A stretch of DNA of 64,000 nucleotides. It comes from a virus (lineage: Duplodnaviria > Heunggongvirae > Uroviricota > Caudoviricetes). A program made the translations under genes and the position numbers. The notes beneath the pieces were generated by a model. It was given only the letters and a program-made list of their open reading frames with translations. It made no database searches and was not told where the DNA came from. Location of the stretch: IMG/VR virus record IMGVR_UViG_3300020714_000006. One strand, given 5' to 3'. Of the stretch, positions 61,168 to 64,000 are shown piece by piece; position 1 is the first letter of the stretch; the number at the start of each line of letters is the position of its first letter.

Positions 61168-64000
61168 ATGGCTCAACTACAATCACCAGGCGTAAGTGTA
61201 ACAGTAATAGACGAAAGTTTTTATACACCTGCCGCACCTGGAACAGTTCCTTTAATCGTTGTTGCTTCGGAAGAAAGCAAACCAAATGGCGCAGGTACCG
61301 GTGTTGCCCCTGGTACATTAAAAGCAAATGCTGGTCAAGTTTATTTATTGACTAGTCAAAAAGATTTATCTGATACATTTGGAACACCGATGTTTCAAAC
61401 AGATGCAAATAACAATCCTATTCACGCGGGCGAATTAAATGAATATGGTTTACAAGCAGCTTACAGTTTCTTAGGTGTTAGTAATAGTGCATATGTTGTT
61501 CGTGCTGATCTAGACCTATCACAATTGACAGAATCAACTCAAACCCCAGCTGGATTACCTGCTGATGGATCAACATGGATTGATACTGCTGATACACAAT
61601 TTGGTATTTTTCAATGGAATTCATCACCTGCTTCAACATTGGGTGGACAAACATTTACTGTTCAAAAACCAGCTGTTATTACTGAAAATACTTTATTAGA
61701 TGATATGGGTGCACCTAAAACTAGTTTTGGTGCAATTGGTAGCTATGCAATTGTCGCAACTACAAGTTTAATTACCGTATGGTTTAAAAAACCTGCAACA
61801 ACAGTCGCTTCACCAGTTCAATGGGTAGAAGTTGGTAGTTCAGAATGGGTTGCAAGTTGGCCAACTGCGCAAGGCAACAGCTTACAAAGTAGTATTACTT
61901 TATTATCTGGGGATGTGTTTACTATTAATACACATGATATCACAACTGTTACATCATTGACTGATATAGTAACGCAAATTAATACAGGTGGAACAAATGG
62001 TGCACCATTAGTTTCTGGAATTAGTGCAGCTATTATACAAAATAAATTACAAATTTATTCAACTGGTGTAAATGTAATTCTTGCTGGGTCAAGTATTACT
62101 AAAGTTGGTTTAACTGTTGGTACATATTTGGCACCAGCATTAAGTATAGCACCACATACACAAGTTCCAACATATAAAATTACTGATAATTCAAGTATTG
62201 CTGGCATTCCAACTGGCTCAATTTGGGTGAAAACAACAACACCTAACGCAGGTGCACATTGGATTGTTAATATATATAACTCAAAAGCTGGTTCATGGAG
62301 TTCAGTAACTGCTCCATTATATGCAAATAATTTATCTGCATTACACTCGATGGATTCAACTGGTGGTGGAAACAACCTAGCTATTAATACATTGTATGTA
62401 AAATTTAATGATTCTGAAACATTTGCAACAGAAAACAATATAAGCTATCCAAAATATGCTGATTTCAAATTATATCGTCGTAGTGCAGTTGGTGCAACAG
62501 CAATTACATCTGCAATTATTACATCTGCATTGTTAAGTCCTAATACATATACATTTACAGTTCAAGAAAGTGTTATTGGAAGTGGTGCATTTAATTCTGC
62601 AATTACAATCTCATTTACGGTAACTTTAGGTGATACTGGACCAACTGTTGCTGATGCAATTGCTAGTGCAATAAACTCAGCTGGGTTTACAAATATTGTA
62701 GCAGTAGTAAATGGTTCTAATCAAGTTGTAGTTAGTCATTTAACAGGTGGTGATTTTAAATTAGTTGATGGAACACAAACACCATTAACCTCTTTATTCT
62801 CAACTACAAGAACAGCTAACTTCTACGCAGATCCAACAGGAAATTCAGGTGAATATGTTGCTAGTAACTGGACAGCATTAAATGATACTAAAACAGGTTC
62901 ATTTGCTATACCAAGTCCAAGTGCACCAACATCATTAACTACTGATGGAACATTATGGTATAACGGTAATATTGAAGAAGTAGATATCTTAATTCATAAT
63001 GGAACAACTTGGGTTGGATATTTAGATTCAACTGCGCAAACAATTAACCAAGCAGGTATCACAGATCCATTACCAACTGACCCAATGGGACCAATTGTTA
63101 GTGCATCAGAACCTACTACACAACAAGATGGCGTATCAGCTCTTGCAAATGGTGATTTATGGATTAGTACAGCTAATTTAGAAAAATATCCATTAATATA
63201 CAGATATGATTTCATTACTAAAAAATGGAATTTATTAGATAACAGTGATCAAACAACAGAAAATGGCATAGTATTCCATGATGCTAGATGGTCAACAGGT
63301 CCAGGGACTGGCACTGAAGGTGCTAATCCAGCCTCAATTACAACATTGTTAACAAGTAACTTTTTAGATTTTGATGCACCAGATCCAGCATTATATCCAA
63401 AAGGAATGTTGTTATGGAATCTTCGTAGAAGTGGATTCAATGTTAAAAAGTTTGTTCAAAATTATGTTGATATATTAGATACTAATACTCGTTATAATAA
63501 TAATGAACCAATGACTAACTATTATCCACATCGTTGGGTATCTGATGCAGCTAATCAAGCTGATGGTTCAGGATCATTTGGTAGAATGGCACAAAGAACT
63601 GTTGTTTTACAAGCAATGACTGCATTAATTAACAGCAATCAATCTATTCGTGATGAAGATAGCAAATTATTTAATTTATTAGCAGCACCTGGATATCCAG
63701 AATTAATTAAACCACTTGTTAATTTAAATTATGACCGTGGATTAACTGCGTTTATTGTTGGTGATTCACCAGCAAGATTAACACCAGATGCTACATCATT
63801 AAGTAATTGGGGTAATAATGTTAACAATGCATTAGGTGATGGTGATGAAGGATTAGTAACAACTGATCCATACTTAGGTGTATTCTATCCTTGGGGTTAT
63901 AGCACTGATAATATGGGTAATAACATTTCTGTTCCACCTAGTCACATTATGTTAAGAACTATCGCATTAAGTGATAATGTAAGTTATCCATGGTTTGCAC
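61168..64000 (+). CDS. gp18: Tail sheath protein gp18-like, 3' end runs off the window
   Basis: Not in the ORF track. MAQLQSPGVSVTVIDESFY...LSDTFGTP...ELNEYGLQAAYSFLG; late part FNLLAAPGYPEL...FYPWG...VPPSH. GGAG SD; CCTAAATA at 61131-61138. Confidence 0.9.
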   Translation, partial: MAQLQSPGVSVTVIDESFYTPAAPGTVPLIVVASEESKPNGAGTGVAPGTLKANAGQVYLLTSQKDLSDTFGTPMFQTDANNNPIHAGELNEYGLQAAYSFLGVSNSAYVVRADLDLSQLTESTQTPAGLPADGSTWIDTADTQFGIFQWNSSPASTLGGQTFTVQKPAVITENTLLDDMGAPKTSFGAIGSYAIVATTSLITVWFKKPATTVASPVQWVEVGSSEWVASWPTAQGNSLQSSITLLSGDVFTINTHDITTVTSLTDIVTQINTGGTNGAPLVSGISAAIIQNKLQIYSTGVNVILAGSSITKVGLTVGTYLAPALSIAPHTQVPTYKITDNSSIAGIPTGSIWVKTTTPNAGAHWIVNIYNSKAGSWSSVTAPLYANNLSALHSMDSTGGGNNLAINTLYVKFNDSETFATENNISYPKYADFKLYRRSAVGATAITSAIITSALLSPNTYTFTVQESVIGSGAFNSAITISFTVTLGDTGPTVADAIASAINSAGFTNIVAVVNGSNQVVVSHLTGGDFKLVDGTQTPLTSLFSTTRTANFYADPTGNSGEYVASNWTALNDTKTGSFAIPSPSAPTSLTTDGTLWYNGNIEEVDILIHNGTTWVGYLDSTAQTINQAGITDPLPTDPMGPIVSASEPTTQQDGVSALANGDLWISTANLEKYPLIYRYDFITKKWNLLDNSDQTTENGIVFHDARWSTGPGTGTEGANPASITTLLTSNFLDFDAPDPALYPKGMLLWNLRRSGFNVKKFVQNYVDILDTNTRYNNNEPMTNYYPHRWVSDAANQADGSGSFGRMAQRTVVLQAMTALINSNQSIRDEDSKLFNLLAAPGYPELIKPLVNLNYDRGLTAFIVGDSPARLTPDATSLSNWGNNVNNALGDGDEGLVTTDPYLGVFYPWGYSTDNMGNNISVPPSHIMLRTIALSDNVSYPWFA

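Noticed and set aside
62055-63440. Small minus-strand ORFs near the right end
   Set aside because: Antisense to the tail sheath gene starting at 61168.
1-64000. Stop-codon recoding (alternative genetic code) as in some jumbo phages
   Set aside because: Genes are full length under the standard code, and TAA, TAG and TGA all end genes at expected positions.

Overview
AT-rich 64-kb segment of a large T4-superfamily myophage (probably a jumbo phage), covering most of its virion morphogenesis region. It holds a minus-strand baseplate operon (gp48/54-, gp53-, gp27-, gp5-, gp25-, gp6-like and a large wedge protein running off the left end), then the late sigma factor gp55 with gp47/gp46 and a Holliday-junction resolvase. 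Next come a tail-chaperone pair and tape-measure candidate, the head module (intein-containing portal, acidic core protein, protease, scaffold, major capsid), about 23 kb of modular fibre/appendage genes ending in two collagen-like fibres beside a glycosyltransferase, neck genes, dNMP kinase and the start of the tail sheath. Three free-standing homing endonucleases are present. TAAATA late promoters, four perfect sigma70 promoters and intrinsic terminators are visible. Best leads: (1) an ORF-free, densely base-paired ~400-nt element with a pseudoknot at ~18030-18430, a candidate large ncRNA or origin-linked RNA; (2) seven phycobiliprotein-like repeats in two virion proteins, five keeping a CxRD Cys; (3) a T-TTT-TTC -1 frameshift that would fuse the two chaperone ORFs, as in lambda G/GT; (4) a putative plug-and-socket fibre chain; (5) leaderless late transcripts. 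All product calls come from motif recognition and gene order by eye; no database search was run.
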